Part shown: positions 28,056-41,900 of the stretch, one piece after another | How positions within the stretch are numbered: the first letter of the stretch is position 1 | How the letters are laid out: each line of letters starts with the position of its first letter | Assembly (NCBI GenBank): GCA_002269645.1 | Contig: NIVC01003946.1 | Span: 4,301 to 68,300 of the forward strand | Direction of reading: 5' to 3' | DNA from: Macrostomum lignano | Lineage: Eukaryota | Length of the DNA stretch: 64,000 nt | Program-made: the position numbers and the translations under genes | The notes under the pieces: model-generated | What the model was told of the DNA's origin: nothing | Seen by the model: only the letters and a program-made list of their open reading frames with translations | Databases searched by the model: none

Positions 28056-28406
28056 AAGACATGAGGGTTGGAGTTGGCACTCCAGAATCTACATCAAGTG
28101 GCTGACTTTCTCTCTCTAAGTTTATGATCTCAATTTAACATTTTTATAACGATCGCTGCATCCTTTTGAGGATATGACAGACACGGGTTTCATTTCATTG
28201 ATGAAATTCCTCGCTGCGCTGGTCACCTGTGCTGCGCCGTGCGCCACTCTTTTCCATACATTGATTCATCCCCTGAGGGGGCTGGCGTGCCGCGAGAGCT
28301 CTCTGACTTTCGCGTCGCTTGACTGGCGCAGAGTCCCACGGCAATGCAGTGTAGGAAAAAGATGGCGACCCCCAAATGAAGGCTAAGACAGGATTAAGTC
28401 TAAATA

Positions 28407-29373
28407 CTTCGGGTGTGTCATAAGTAATGTCACTGCAGGCCTCTGTCTAAAATATGTAGGCACATGGACTTGTGGGTAGTGTAGCTGCAAAGTATACTTA
28501 GTGAAGCAATAGCAGTGCATTTTAGACGTGCATAGGTTGTTTATGGCCCAAGCTATCGCAAGAATACGCCAAGCAGATTTAGCAAGTGCAACGCGATGAA
28601 AAATCATCTATGCAGCGAAAAAAAAACACCATGAATCTCGACATGACGCCTGCACCAAGCAGATCCGCAAGGTGTTTAGCAGCCAGGGCTTGAATGACAT
28701 CCTAAACTGCCTGGTTGCTGAGGATGAAAGCTGGCTCTACCTGGATGGCAAGGGCAGCAAGGCAGATAATCGCTAAGATGGGAGCTGGGGACTCCAGGCC
28801 GATGGTGACCAGGAAGTCCATCTCGGACAAGAAGACCATGCTGCTGGTAGCCTTCACGCCAAAAAAACGAGTCTCCATCTGCACAACTCCACCGAACACC
28901 AAGGTCGATGGCCAGTACTTTATCGACTTTGTCCGGCACACTGGAGACCTCTGGCGCACTCTCCGGTCAAATCCATGTCACCTGGACGAGGTTCTGTGGC
29001 ATATGGACACCGCACGGATGCACACCTGAAGGCTGTTTCGAATTTTCTGCCTGCATGGCGAGTGAATCTGCTCTGACAGTCCCTACAGCCCGGACTTCAA
29101 CTTTTGCAAGAGATTCCTGCTCAAATGGCTGAAGGCTGACTTTTCCAAGAAGAGTTTCGCAAACCATGAAGAGGTCAAACAGGCTGCGTTGCACTGGTTT
29201 TGGCAGTTGGAGGAAAAACACCTGCAGGCTGAGGTGGACAAGCTGTATGAGCACTGCCAGAGGGTGATTGATATTGGGGGACTCTATGTTGTTGAGTGGT
29301 ACAGTTTTGTTCATCTGCGATTGCAAGTTCGTCTGTTTTCACATCAGTGACATTACTTATGACACACCCGAAG
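28407..29373 (+). mobile_element. Mariner (Tc1/mariner) DNA transposon, internally deleted and non-autonomous
   Basis: Perfect 29-bp TIRs CTTCGGGTGTGTCATAAGTAATGTCACTG (28407-28435, reverse complement at 29345-29373), flanked by TA on both sides. Broken transposase with LVAEDESW, WHMDTARMH, PYSPDF and C-terminal VIDIGGLYV. The N-terminal HTH is absent. Confidence 0.92.
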
Positions 29374-29699
29374 TAACAAAAGCCCTTAATCACTGACTGA
29401 CCAATCATCCCCTGAAGCAAGCAAGTGAGGATTTTTCACCCGACAGCGCAGTCCAGGTCGGCACACTTATTTAAACTCACCCACTAGTTGCCATCACAAC
29501 TTCAAATCCCCAGATTATATTTTCTCCTATCTAAGAAATCTCCCAGCGCCGTGGGAGGTGTTGAAATTCGTTTTCTCACTTCTGTTGTGGCGGCCCCGGA
29601 CTAATTCTAATCGATATTTTTTGGTTGCCGAGTTGGTGGGTGTCCCTGTTCGCACGACTCAACCAGGGACCTTTCTAAAAATAGCACAAGTGGACTGGA

Positions 29700-29972
29700 A
29701 ACCACATACCAACATACAAGCGCGTCAGGACTGTACTCAGGCACAGCACTCGTACACTCGCTCACACAGGCTGAACATCGGCACTGACTTTCTAATCGTC
29801 AGGCATGTGTACACTCTCTCTGAGCATTGGGGGGTTGGCTGTGAATTGCACGACAAATCCCCATCAAAGAGACTGGAAGTGCTTCTAATCCAGCTTCCAG
29901 TCCACATATAGGCTAATTTTAGGGAGTCCTTGGCTCATCCAACCATCCATCAAGCCACTGCGCAATCACGCC
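29700..29972 (-). mobile_element. Old, diverged relative of the 2574-2946 SINE
   Basis: Colinear blocks: catacaagcgcg…caggcaca…ctcacacagg…atcgt(c/t)aggcatg(tg)tacact…ttggggg(g)ttggct…aattgcacga. An A-box-like TTGCGCAGTGG lies on the minus strand at 29965-29955. Confidence 0.6.
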
Positions 29973-30489
29973 CGTCCAGCCCTCCAGCAGTGAGAATTAA
30001 CCGTACAGCTTATAGCATTGACACTCCTCCTACCGAGTTTTATCGCCTCTCCCTTCCCACCCAGAGCGAGAAAACAATGGCTTGTGTAGCTTTTAAATCC
30101 GTTTATATTCTCTTCGCGGATTCGAATCCCGAGTTGATAATTGCTTGAGTTGCTGGGTGGGAGTTAGCGGCAGAGGGCGGCAGTTATGGTGTGAGGCAGC
30201 TCGCAGTGGGATGGCAGGCCCCCCCGCCCCGCCTGTGGCTGTGTTGCCACCCTCCTCCTCTGCGCCGCTACGGCTTAGCAAGGACTCGTTAGATAATTTT
30301 TTAGCATTAGATAAGAGATGGATAGAATGGAAGCTGTCCATTCAGAAGTTTTTAAATGGATTTCGGCCATTCTAAAAGTGGGGGTTGGTTGCACTCTCAG
30401 TCACTGGGGCTGCCGACTCCATCGCATCCGCGTGCCTTCTCTGCTCACATCCACACTTTTATCCATCAGCTCTCCTGTCTCATCTCTTG

Positions 30490-32295
30490 TCTCTCCTCTC
30501 CTTTCCTCTCCTCTCCTCTCCTCTCCTCTCCTCTCCTCTCCTCTCCTCTCCTCTCCTCTCCTCTGCTCTCCTCTCCTCTCCTCTCCTCTCCTCTCCTCTC
30601 CTCTCCTCTCCTCTCCTCTCCTCTCCTCTCCTCTCCTCTTCTCTCCTCTTCTCTCCTCTCCTCTCCTCTCCTCTCCTCTCCTCTCTTCTCCTCTCCTCTC
30701 CTCTCCTCTCCTCTCCTCTCCTCTTCTCTCCTCTCCTCTTCTCTCCTCTCCTCTCCTTTCCTCTCCTTTCCTCTCCTCTCCTCTCCTCTCCTCTCCTCTT
30801 CTCTCCTCTTCTCTCCTCTCCTCTCCTCTCCTCTCCTCTCCTCTCCTCTCCTCTCCTCTCCTCTCCTCTCCTCTCCTCTCCTCTCCTCTTCTCTCCTCTC
30901 CTCTCCTCTTCTCTCCTCTCCTCTCCTTTCCTCTCCTTTCCTCTCCTCTCCTCTCCTCTCCTCTCCTCTTCTCTCCTCTTCTCTCCTCTCCTCTCCTCTC
31001 CTCTCCTCTCCTCTCCTCTTCTCTCCTATCCTCTCCTCTCCTCACCTCTCCTCTCCTCTTCTCTCATCTTCCCTCTCCATCATTTCAAAATCTATCCATT
31101 AATTATTATTCAATAACTATATCTACACATTGAAATAGGCCTGTGTCTCACTTCTCCCATCCCAATTAAATCTGCTATACAACTCACGAGCAGTGGTGTG
31201 CAAAAGCATTTGGGAAGAAAATCCAACCAGATGTTTGCACGCGTTCCCCATATTAAATGATCTCCTATATAAAGTGAAATAAAAAACTTCTCTCAGTGAG
31301 ACTAGTTATGTATAACAATGTTTGTAAAGGCTATTATGATGCTTTGAAAATATTTACCAAAGACAGTGGGATCAAGGATTGCGTCACACTGCATGGGGCC
31401 TTTATCATAATTTGGACAAAATGAAATGGCCTATACGTAAGCACAGAACACACAGGTGGACACCGCCGTATGGTTTTAACACATCAAAACACAATAGAAT
31501 AGCGCATGCATATGCGAAACACACGCAGGGTTCAACTTGTCAAACACAGCTTTTAGCTGCAGCGATTCACTTGCGTGAAATCCCCTCAGGCTGCTGTCAC
31601 AGGCTTCATAGCATGTTTGCACAGAGGTGGAATGCACCACATTCAGAAGATTAATTGAGACTTTTGAAAATGCTTTGCTTTATTAGTAATAGACTGAAGT
31701 GGTTGTCTCTGCCCTCTCCTCTCTGCTGTCTTATCTCTCGTCTTATCTCTCTCATCTTATCTCTCGTCTCTCGTCTCTCGTCTCTCGTCTCTCGTCTCTC
31801 GTCTCTCGTCTTTCGTCTTTCGTCTCTCGTCTCTCGTCTCTCGTCTCTCGTCTCTCGTCTCTCGTCTCTCGTCTCTCGTCTCTCGTCTCTCGTCTCTCGT
31901 CTCTCGTCTCTCGTCTCTCGTCTTTCGTCTTTCGTCTCTCGTATCTCGTCTCTCGTCTCTCATCTCTCGTCTTTCGTCTTTCGTCTCTCGTCTCTCGTCT
32001 CTCGTCTCTCGTCTCTCGTCTCTCGTCTCTCGTCTCTCGTCTCTCGTGTTTCGTCTCTCGTCTCTCGTCTCTCGTCTCTCATCTCTCGTCTTTCGTCTTT
32101 CGTCTCTCGTCTCTCGTCTCTCGTCTCTCATCTCTCGTCTTTCGTCTTTCGTCTCTCGTCTCTCGTCTCTCGTCTCTCATCTCTCGTGTTTCGTCTCTCG
32201 TGTTTCGTCTCTCGTTTCTCATCTCTCATCATCTCTCTCCTCTCTGCTCTCCCCTCTCTCCTCTCTCCTCTCTCGTCTTTTGTCTCTCGTCTCTC
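30490..32295. repeat. Polypyrimidine microsatellites (CTCCT)n at 30490-31070 and (CTCGTCT)n at 31740-32295
   Basis: Direct reading; these are the source of the spurious LLSSP/RLSSLVS ORFs. Confidence 0.95.
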
Positions 32296-32679
32296 TAGAA
32301 AACCTGAAAGCAGAAGAGTGCAGTAATCCGGTTTTCTTGTTAGAAATTTGCATATCAAATTAACACAGGCATATTTTAAGTCGCAATATTACGCCAATAA
32401 ATAATCTTTTATATGTTATTATTTCAATCGAAGTGACCTTAGATAAAATTGAATTTTAATGATTGTTAATTTCAGGCTTCAGCCTGCAGTCATTTTGGCC
32501 TATGCCGCCCAATTTCAACGCTTTTCTTTTCAACACAAATAATCACTACAGTAAAACTATTATGCATAAATTTAAGCCTGCAGATTGTAGAGAGAGAAAT
32601 GAAATTGAAAATAAATAAGTTACTTATGAATTCAATCTTGTTGTGTCGAGTCAATGGACACGCGAGATGGCATAATTTG

Positions 32680-32740
32680 ATTGCAGCCAATTGGGCCAGT
32701 CCGAGTGGCCCGCGCTCGACTCCCATTGGCTCCTGCCCGC
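32680..32740 (+). promoter_or_regulatory. Possible CCAAT-box promoter upstream of spalt
   Basis: GCCAATTGG (~32687) and CCATTGGC (~32723) lie ~200 bp upstream of the spalt ATG. An acceptor-like ttcgcag sits at 32899. Motif-only evidence. Confidence 0.25.
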
Positions 32741-32914
32741 TGTCCCAACTCCCCTCCCCTCTCGCAACGGGGTCGGGGCTGGGATGGCGTAGCCAGCGGG
32801 TGGATTAAAAAAGCAAAAGCTAAGGCTGGAGAGACGAATCTCGCTCAGTCCCCCATCCCAAGCAGTCTCCAAGCTGTTTAACAATTTTAATATTCGCAGC
32901 ATTGCAAGTCCGCG

Positions 32915-35900
32915 ATGAGCGACATCGCACCAGCTGACTCTGAGCCGCAGCTCGCTGACCAGCAGCTGTACTCGGCGGACCGGAAATCCTCGCCAACTTC
33001 TTCTGGAAGCGGCAAAGCTGAAGCAATGCGGACAGAAATCGCTGAAGAAGGAACCAACGACATGAAAGATCCCGCAGCTGAGGAAAATGACAATGGCAAC
33101 AGTGGTGAAGAAGGCAGTGAGATCGACGGAGCTGCAGCGCTCCAGGAGCAGCAACAGCAGCAGCAACAGTTGATGTTGCAGAATCTGGCCAGCGTCATCA
33201 CCAACAGCATCACGAGCGAGCAGCTGGGCGGAGTCCAGGACTCCATGGAGATCATAAGGCAGCACATCGACTATCTGCAGTCCATGGAGCGGGTGCTTCG
33301 AGGCGAGCGGATCCGCTTGAACTGCGTCATCGCCCAGCAGCACGAGATCCTCGGCCTGGCTCCGGAAGAGGACGAGCAAGGAGATAGAGACGTAGGAGAA
33401 GAAAACGGCGAGGATGATGACATGGAGGGCGAGCAGCAGCGGAAGTCCAGTGCCGGTCAGGTGCCAATGCGAACTCAGTGCAGCCTCCTCAGAGCCGCCG
33501 CTGCAGCCGCCGCAGCCGCCGCGGCCGCCGCCTCCACTGCCGCCAGCGGCGACTCGGGAATCCAGAATTCGTCCAGCGCTGTTGGCATCGCTGCTGAAGG
33601 CAGCAGCTCGGAGCTCGAGGACAGAACGGGCTCGAAGTTGGCTGACGACTGCTTGGAATCTGGCGGTGAGTGAGGAGGGAAACTTCAGGGATAGGGATAG
33701 CCTCAGGAGCGGGTTTTAGTAAAACTTCAGGGATGGAATAGCTTCAGGGGGGGGTTCAGTAAAGTTTCAGGGACGGGTTCAGTAAAACTTCAGGTTTGAG
33801 TTCAGTAAAGCTTCAGGGATAAGTTCAGTAAAGCTTCAGGGATAGGTTCAGTAAAGAATCAGGGATAGGTTCAGTAAAGCTTCAGGGATAAGTTCAGTAA
33901 AGCTTCAGGGATAGGTTCAGTAAAGCTTCAGGGATAAGTTCAGTAAAGCTTCAGGGATAATTTCAGTAAAGCTTCAGGGATAGGTTCAGTAAAGAATCAG
34001 GGACGGGTTCACTAAAGCTTCAGGGATGGGTGGGTTCCAGTAAAGCTTCAGGGATAAGTTCAGTAAAGCTTCAGGGATAAGTTCAGTAAAGCTTCAGGGA
34101 TAGGTTCAGTAAAGCTTCAGGGATAAGTTCAGTAAAGCTTCAGGGATAAGTTCAGTAAAGCTTCAGGGATAAGTTCAGTAAAGCTTCAGGGATAGGTTCA
34201 CTAAAGCTTCAGGGATGGGTGGGTTCCAGTAAAGCTTCAGGGATAAGTTCAGTAAAGCTTCAGGGATAAGTTCAGTAAAGCTTCAGGGATAGGTTCAGTA
34301 AAGCTTCAGGGATAAGTTCAGTAAAGCTTCAGGGATAGGTTCAGTAAAGCTTCAGGGATAAGTTCAGTAAAGCTTCAGGGATAAGTTCAGTAAAGCTTCA
34401 GGGATAGGTTCAGTAAAGAATCAGGGACGGGTTCACTAAAGCTTCAGGGATGGGTGGGTTCCAGTAAAGCTTCAGGGACGGGTTCAGTGAAGCTTCAGGG
34501 ACGGGTTCAGTGAAGCTTCAGGGACGGGTTCAGTGAAGCTTCAGGGACGGGTTCAGTGAAGCTTCAGTGACGGGTTCAGTGAAGCTTCAGGGACGGGTTC
34601 AGTAAAGCTTCAGGGACGGGTTCAGTGAAGCTTCAGGGACGGGTTCAGTAAAGCTTCAGGGACGGGTTCAGCAAAGCTTCAGGGACGGGTTCAGTAAAGC
34701 TTCAGGGGCTGGTTCAGTGAAGCTTCAGGGACGGGTTCCTCAGACAGAGGAAGAGCACGCACACATAGAAGGTACACTGAACAGATTAAACTAAACACAA
34801 CAGTCCCAATGAAATCAAATCTCTGCAAGCCTAATTAGCAGAGTCCATATCGGCCATGTTATAATTATTCATGGCGGAGATTTTACTACATATCCACGCT
34901 ATCACACAGCCAACACGCACGCGCATAAATATCAACAAGATCCGGTCCTGGGGTGGGGGGGGGGGCACACATGCAGGGATTCAATGCATTATAATTGAAT
35001 TGATATTTAATACGATTTTTTTGCGTTTGCATAAACAAACCTCCAACTGTGTGTGCTGTGTTTATAATGAGAGGCCAGTGCTGAGCTGTGGTTTAAATGA
35101 TATTAACTAATTGTGAGTCGGCTTGGCACGACTTCAACAATTTATATCATGTCGAAGGTGCAGTCAGCAGTGGAAAATGACACCTGCTTCGGTGCCTCCC
35201 CCCCCTTTCTTTTAGAAGAACTCTTCTAAAAGGAGGATAGGGAGAGCTGTGATATCGGATATCTGCTGCATGCACCCTCCAGGTTTTAAAGACCAGCTTA
35301 TGACAGGGAGGAAGTCTCAGATTATGTATCTGAGCCGTTTAATTCCTGACTTAAATATACAAGCTCTATACATTAAAATATGCACGTTACAATGCTCCAT
35401 GAATGTAAACAAGTCGTGAAAACCGATTTCTCGTAGTTTAAATGTAAAAAAGCAAAATCTGCATGCTTTAAACTAGAATCTCGAGTTATAGCCTATAGCA
35501 ATATAAAATTGGTAAGAAATTGCTTTTCGAAATGAAACAATTAAATTTTATAACATGACGCATGAAAATGAAAATGCTGCAGCAGGAGTACCTGAGTAAT
35601 TAAGCAAGTGTTAAGCCGAGTTAAGACTATAAAACTTCACTTTCAGCGCGAGGCCTTCACAGTGTTTACAGCCCAGTTAAATAATTGACTCTTTCAACAT
35701 GTTGCGGAGCCGCATGGCTTCCTTACAATTGGCGCAATTTTTGCTTGTCGCAAAACTGTTTTAATTTATTAAGGATTGAAAAGCATTAATTGCTAAGTTT
35801 AAGGCTCTGCATTCGATACAAAATTATGAGTCCCCGGCTGATGCAGACCCACCCCAGCTGCATAAAATGATGAAGATTAACTTCAGAGAACACAGTTTTG

Positions 35901-38900
35901 CTTGAGAGAACTATACCAGAATTTTTAACAGAATCTTCACAAACTATAAACAGCATCTTCACAAACTATAAACAGAATCTTCACAAACTATAAACAGAAT
36001 CTTCACAAACTATAAACAGAATCTTCACAAGCTATACCAGAATCTTCACAGACTGAAGCTGCACCGTCAGACTCATCAAGACTGCGCCATCGCCATTTCA
36101 GGCAAGCATCGCAGAACCGCCTCCGGCCATCAGCAGCAGCTGCTGCTGAGTTCGGGCAACTCAGCCTGCCAGCTCGAGGACTCGGGCATCGCCGGCTCGC
36201 CAATCGATCTCACTGGCAGTCGGAAACGCTCAGCAACCGCAGCCTCTCTGCTGCATCATCTACATCCGGCATTCCAGTCTCCCTATCAGAGGCCGCAGCA
36301 TCATCAGCTGCAGTGCGCCGAGGACCCGGAGCAGGTGGCCATCCTGACTGGAACCAGCGACGATCCTCTGGACCAGTTCATGTACATCAACGACCAGCAG
36401 AATGTGAAATGGCGCCGGCTGTACGAAAGGCACAGCAGGACGAATCCTCCGAACAGATGCGGCGAGTGTCTGAAGGACCTGAGCTGCAAGAGCGCCCTGA
36501 TCATGCACTACAGGACCCACACGGGTGAGGGCTCTTGATGATGAAGCATTAACTTGGAGTCTGGATTTTTACTAGCACACCCAAACGTTTACGAATACCC
36601 TGAACTCTGCTCGAGAAAACTTTGGAACCTTCTCTACTTCTCTACCTTCTTTACTTCTCTCTGATAGCTTTTCTACACCATCCTGAACCCTTCTCTACAG
36701 CACCCTGAACCCTTCTCTACAGCACCCTGAACCCTTCTCTACAACACCCTGAACCCTTCTCTACAACACCCTGAACCCTTCTCTACAACACCCTGAACCC
36801 TTCTCTACAGCACCCTGAACCCTTCTCTACAACACCCTGAACCCTTCTCTACAGCACCCTGAACCCTTCTCTACAGCACCCTGAACCCTTCTCTACAGCA
36901 CCCTGAACCCTTCTCTACAGCACCCTGAACCCTTCTCTACAGCATCCTAAACCCTTCTCTACTGCACCCTGAACCCTTCTCTACAACACCCTGAACCCTT
37001 CTCTACAACACCCTGAACCCTTCTCTACAGCACCCTGAACCCTTCTCTACAACACCCTGAACCTTTCTCTACAACACCCTGAACCCTTCTCTACAGCACC
37101 CTGAACCCTTCTCTACAGCACCCTGAACCTTTCTCTACAACACCCTGAACCCTTCTCTACAACACCCTGAACCCTTCTCTACAACACCCTGAACCCTTCT
37201 CTACAACACCCTGAACCCTTCTCTACAACACCCTGGAACTTTGCTCTACAAAATGCATCAAACTCCGACATCCCCCCCCCGCGCACAGAGAGCAGTCAGC
37301 CGCAGAGAGCAAAGTCAAATAGAATTTGGATTATTTTTGGCCAAGGAAAAACAGTTCTGAGAATGAGAAGTGGGACGGGGGTCGAGGGCCTCTCCTGCTC
37401 ATAACTGAGTCTGTTTGACGAGTTAAGCCACTACAGGACGCGCTGGCTTGGAGCTGTGATGGAAAATCATGTAATCACATTTGATTTCAAGGGCCCGACC
37501 AGTTTTAATAAATAAAAATGAGACACACAGAGCCAGCCGGAGACAGCGCCTCTAAGTCCCTTCTTAACCCCCTCTTCCCGCGGTCACCCCTGCAACTCGC
37601 ATCCACAGAAATCCCCCCTTGCCCAAAGATTTTGAGCCTCGGGGTCTGTAATGCAATTTGGCATGCTGGCTCGGCGGAAAGACCGCGGGGAGAGATGAGG
37701 GCGGCAGATAGATGAGGATAGATAGATGGATTTGAGATGCGCAAACTGCCGGGTCCAAAAACCCTTCAAAATCCGCTGAATTCTGATCGGGTTAACAGGG
37801 GGGGGGGGCGACGCTCGTCATCAGCTCGCGGCAGGCTGGGAGAGGCACAAACAAACACAGAATTTCTGCCTTCGGGGAAAAATGACAATATATCTGATTA
37901 GAAAGTTATCCCTTGGACTGGCCGATGAATTTGTTATAATAAAACTATTTTGATGTGACAAAAATATCATTCTTTAAGTTTGGTATAATCCCTAACCCTC
38001 GGTTTCTTGACTGTCAGCAGCCTCCCAGATCCTCAGTTGCTGGGCCTCCAGCCTCCCAGATCTTCAGTTGCTGGGCCTCCAGCCTCCCAGATCTTCAGTT
38101 GCTGGGCCTCCAGCCTCCCAGATCTTCAGTTGCTGGGCCTCCAGCCTCCCAGATCTTCAGTTGCTGGGCCTCCAGCCTCCCAGATCTTCAGTTGCTGGCC
38201 TCCAGCCTCCCAGATCTTCAGTTGCTGGGCCTCCAGCCTCCCAGATCCTCAGTTGCTGGGCCAGCCTCCCAGATCCTCAGTTGCTGGGCCAGCCTCCCAG
38301 ATCCTCAGTTGCTGGGCCCTCAGCCTCCCAGATCTTCAGTTGCTGGGCCTCCAGCCTCCCAGATCCTCAGTTGCTGGGCCAGCCTCCCAGATCCTCAGTT
38401 GCTGGGCCAGCCTCCCAGATCCTCAGTTGCTGGGCCTCCAGCCTCCCAGATCTTCAGTTGCTGGGCCTCCAGCCTCCCAGATCCTCAGTTGCTGGGCCAG
38501 CCTCCCAGATCCTCAGTTGCTGGGCCTCCAGCCTCCCAGATCCTCAGTTGCTGGGCCAGCCTCCCAGATCCTCAGTTGCTGGGCCAGCCTCCCAGATCCT
38601 CAGTTGCTGGGCCAGCCTCCCAGATCCTCAGTTGCTGGGTTAGCCTCCCAGATCCTCAGTTGCTGGGCCAGTCTCCCAGATCCTCAGTTGCTGGGCCAGC
38701 CTCCCAGATCATTAGTTGCTGGGCCAGCCTCCCGGATCCTCAACCTAAAGTGTGACCTGTCCCTATACACCTGATATCAGTTACTGAGTGATAAAATTGC
38801 CGGAATCAAGGCAGCATCAATCAATGACCATCAATTCCCCAGTTGAGCGGCGATGCAGAGCTCATAAAAAACATTGAAAAACCGCTCTGCAAGATTAATG

Positions 38901-41900
38901 AGCGGATGCTGACGGTGTGACAATTTTAATTAAAGCGAAGTCTGCAAGCTGTAACAGACACACAGAAATTCCCTGTCGAGTTCCCGCCGCATCCCCAATG
39001 GGAATTCCAATTAAAACAAGCCCGTCAAGCAGGTCCTGGCATCGCGATATGGCAGCGAAGAGGAGCTGTCAGACAATCAGCCCCCAGTGCTCTGGTCAGC
39101 TGGTTGCTCATCTTGTCAAAAAAATCTTTAACCCCGCCGCATTGCATACCAAAAATGCGCTATAGCCCAGCTTCCCATCCGCAGAATCTCTTTCTCCATC
39201 ACTACGTACTGTGGGCCTTTCTTGGCGGGGTCGCCCTCCAGCTTTGATCTGATTACCGCGCACCCCTCAGCTCCAGTGCTGTCTCTGCCAGGGGCTGGGG
39301 AGCCATGCCGCCAAGTCACGGCCAAGAGGGGGGATCTTTTTCTGGAGCCCAACTCCCCCCTGCTCGAAATTAATTCGCGGTGGGCCAACAAATTTAATAT
39401 GGGCATCGGGGTTGGGAGGCTGCCTGGGCCTCGGGGTCCCGGCCTTTACAATCTGCATAAATTTAATATTATTTCATATATGTATAAAATATATGGATAT
39501 AAGTGGAATTCCCAGAACAACTTTTGGGATCTTTGAAGCAAAGGTGCCGGGCCGTTTAGCCGGGGCAGATCTCAAGAATTGAGTTATCATCCATGACTGC
39601 GGGAGAAGTGAGGAGGGAGGCTGGCGGCGGCAAAATTCATTCATTTAATCCTTCTTCTCTTTCATCCCCTTTGGTTGACCCCTGAGTTGAATGTCTGCCT
39701 CGCTGGGAGCTGGCGGTCACCAGGGAGTCGCAGAGCCCGCAGCCAGCCCGCCCCATCGGGGAAGTGTCACATTTCTACCCGGCAAGGCGAGCGTCTTTTG
39801 GGGAGGGGAAGATAAAAGAGATGATGATGTCTGGAAGAATTCGCCCACAGGCTCGCCACGCGGAGTGCCCAAAAAAACTCGAAATCTACTCAATCTGGGA
39901 ATTTTCTTCGGCAAGATAAAAAAGCAGTTAAGAAATTTGTCTCCGCGGGCTTTCGTGACTGGCTTAGCGGGCGGTTCAGCCGTCTCGATTTGGTAGAAAA
40001 ACTCCCCGATTTTACCTGACAGACTCCCCGTGACGAATCCGCGATCCCCCAAGTGTCTCTAAAGACCTTCATGCCTACCGTTTCTGAATTATAAATGTTA
40101 TGAATTGCGGCTGTCCGCAATCACGTGCCTACCCCCCCCCCGGTTTTTAATACAGCGCCCAGCATCCTCCCATAAAAGATTTGTGCAAGAGAGACTTGGA
40201 GTTCAGCTAGGCCGCCTGGGAGAATTCTGTTGAGGATATTTAAGACAGGCAGGTGCAAGTTCTGAGGATTTTTGTCCGGGGATTTTTTTGAGATCGTATA
40301 ATTTCAATCATAAAATGTCTCCAGGCTAGCATGGTTGTGCTCATCAATTATTAGTCCTCAGGTAGGGCCCCGCGCTACCTGCCTTCATGTACCAAGGATA
40401 TAATGGCCTTAATTAAGCAGCCTCTTGTTTTCCCTTTTCTCAAATCCCCCAAATCATGAGAGATGCCCCTCTGACGCATCCAGCTTCCATGGCATTTTAG
40501 CGCTGGCATAAACGGGGAATCCCCTAACAGGATGAGAAAGTGTCCCGGGGGATTCAGTTAGTTAAAAATGCATGCATTGAGCAATGCGGCAGGCACTGAC
40601 CGCCACAGACAATGAATTCTGTTCCCTATTGCGGCCCGAACTGCATCCTTGTGATCGCAACTGGAGCATAACGCGTAACACGCCAAAATCATGCTCTGCT
40701 TCACTTACATCTCAGGACTGCAGCACATTTATTGTCTCAGAAGCCTCCCGCCATGAGCTCTCAGGCATGCTTATATTAATATTATTTATCATAAAGTCAT
40801 GGCTTGCAGATCCGCAACTTTGCGTGTCACCGCCCCCCCCCCCAGGTTCCGCAGCACTCTCGCTTCTTGAGCACCGCTTGTCACTGCCCCCTCCCATGAC
40901 TTGACCTCATCAATTATGACACATGAGCAGAGCGCATGCGGCAGTATGAAGTGATGAAGTTAGCTGGGCTAGGTCTGCCTTAGTAAAATCCCAACATTAT
41001 TGAAAATCCACACCGCCTTACGCGCAGAAGAGCGGCCCTACATCTGCCGGATCTGTCACAAGAGCTTCACCACCAAGGGCAATTTGAAGACGCACCTGGG
41101 CGTGCACCGGGAGCTGCTGCCGATTCTTCGAGGCATCGGAGCTTCGCCGCCAAGGAGCTGCAGTTCGCAGGCGTCTTCCGCAGCGCAGGCGCATCATCAG
41201 TTTATGGAAGCTGCTGGTCAGCAGGACAGCTTTGCTAACGGAGGCGGAGACAGTCAGGTGGGTGCTTGGGTTTTTACTTAGCTCAAAAACACCCTCTATG
41301 ACCGGCTACAAGCCACCCTCTATGACCAGTTACAAGCCACTCCTGTGACCATTAACACGCCACCCTCTATGACCGGCTACAAGCCACCCTCTATGACCAG
41401 TTACAAGCCACTCTATATGACCAGCTACAAGCCACCATGTATTACCAGCTACAAGCCACCCTATATGACCAGATACAAGCCACCCTCTATGACCAGCTAC
41501 AAGCCACCCTCTATGACCAGCTACAAGCCACCCTCTATGACCAGCTACAAGCCACCCTCTATGACCAGTTACAAGCCACCCTCTATGACCGGCTACAAGC
41601 CACCCTCTATGACCAGTTACAAGCCACCCTATATGACCAGCTACAAACCCCCCTCTATGGCCATTTACAAGCCACCCTCTATGACCAGTCACAAGCCTCC
41701 ATCCATGACCAGCCGGCAACCCAGAAGTATTTGCTGGAATATTTGAGCCCCAATCCACCATAACTCCAGCCAGTTTGTGCGCCCTAAAAATTATTTGCAC
41801 TGCCTCGGAACTAAACAATTTTCGAGTCCACCCATTCTCATCCCTCTCAACCCCCAATGTTTAATCCCCACAGTTTCTGGCGATGAAGCCTGTCTGTCAG

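Noticed and set aside
30115-30135. GGATTCGAATCC B-box-like palindrome as a tRNA
   Set aside because: There is no A box or cloverleaf around it.
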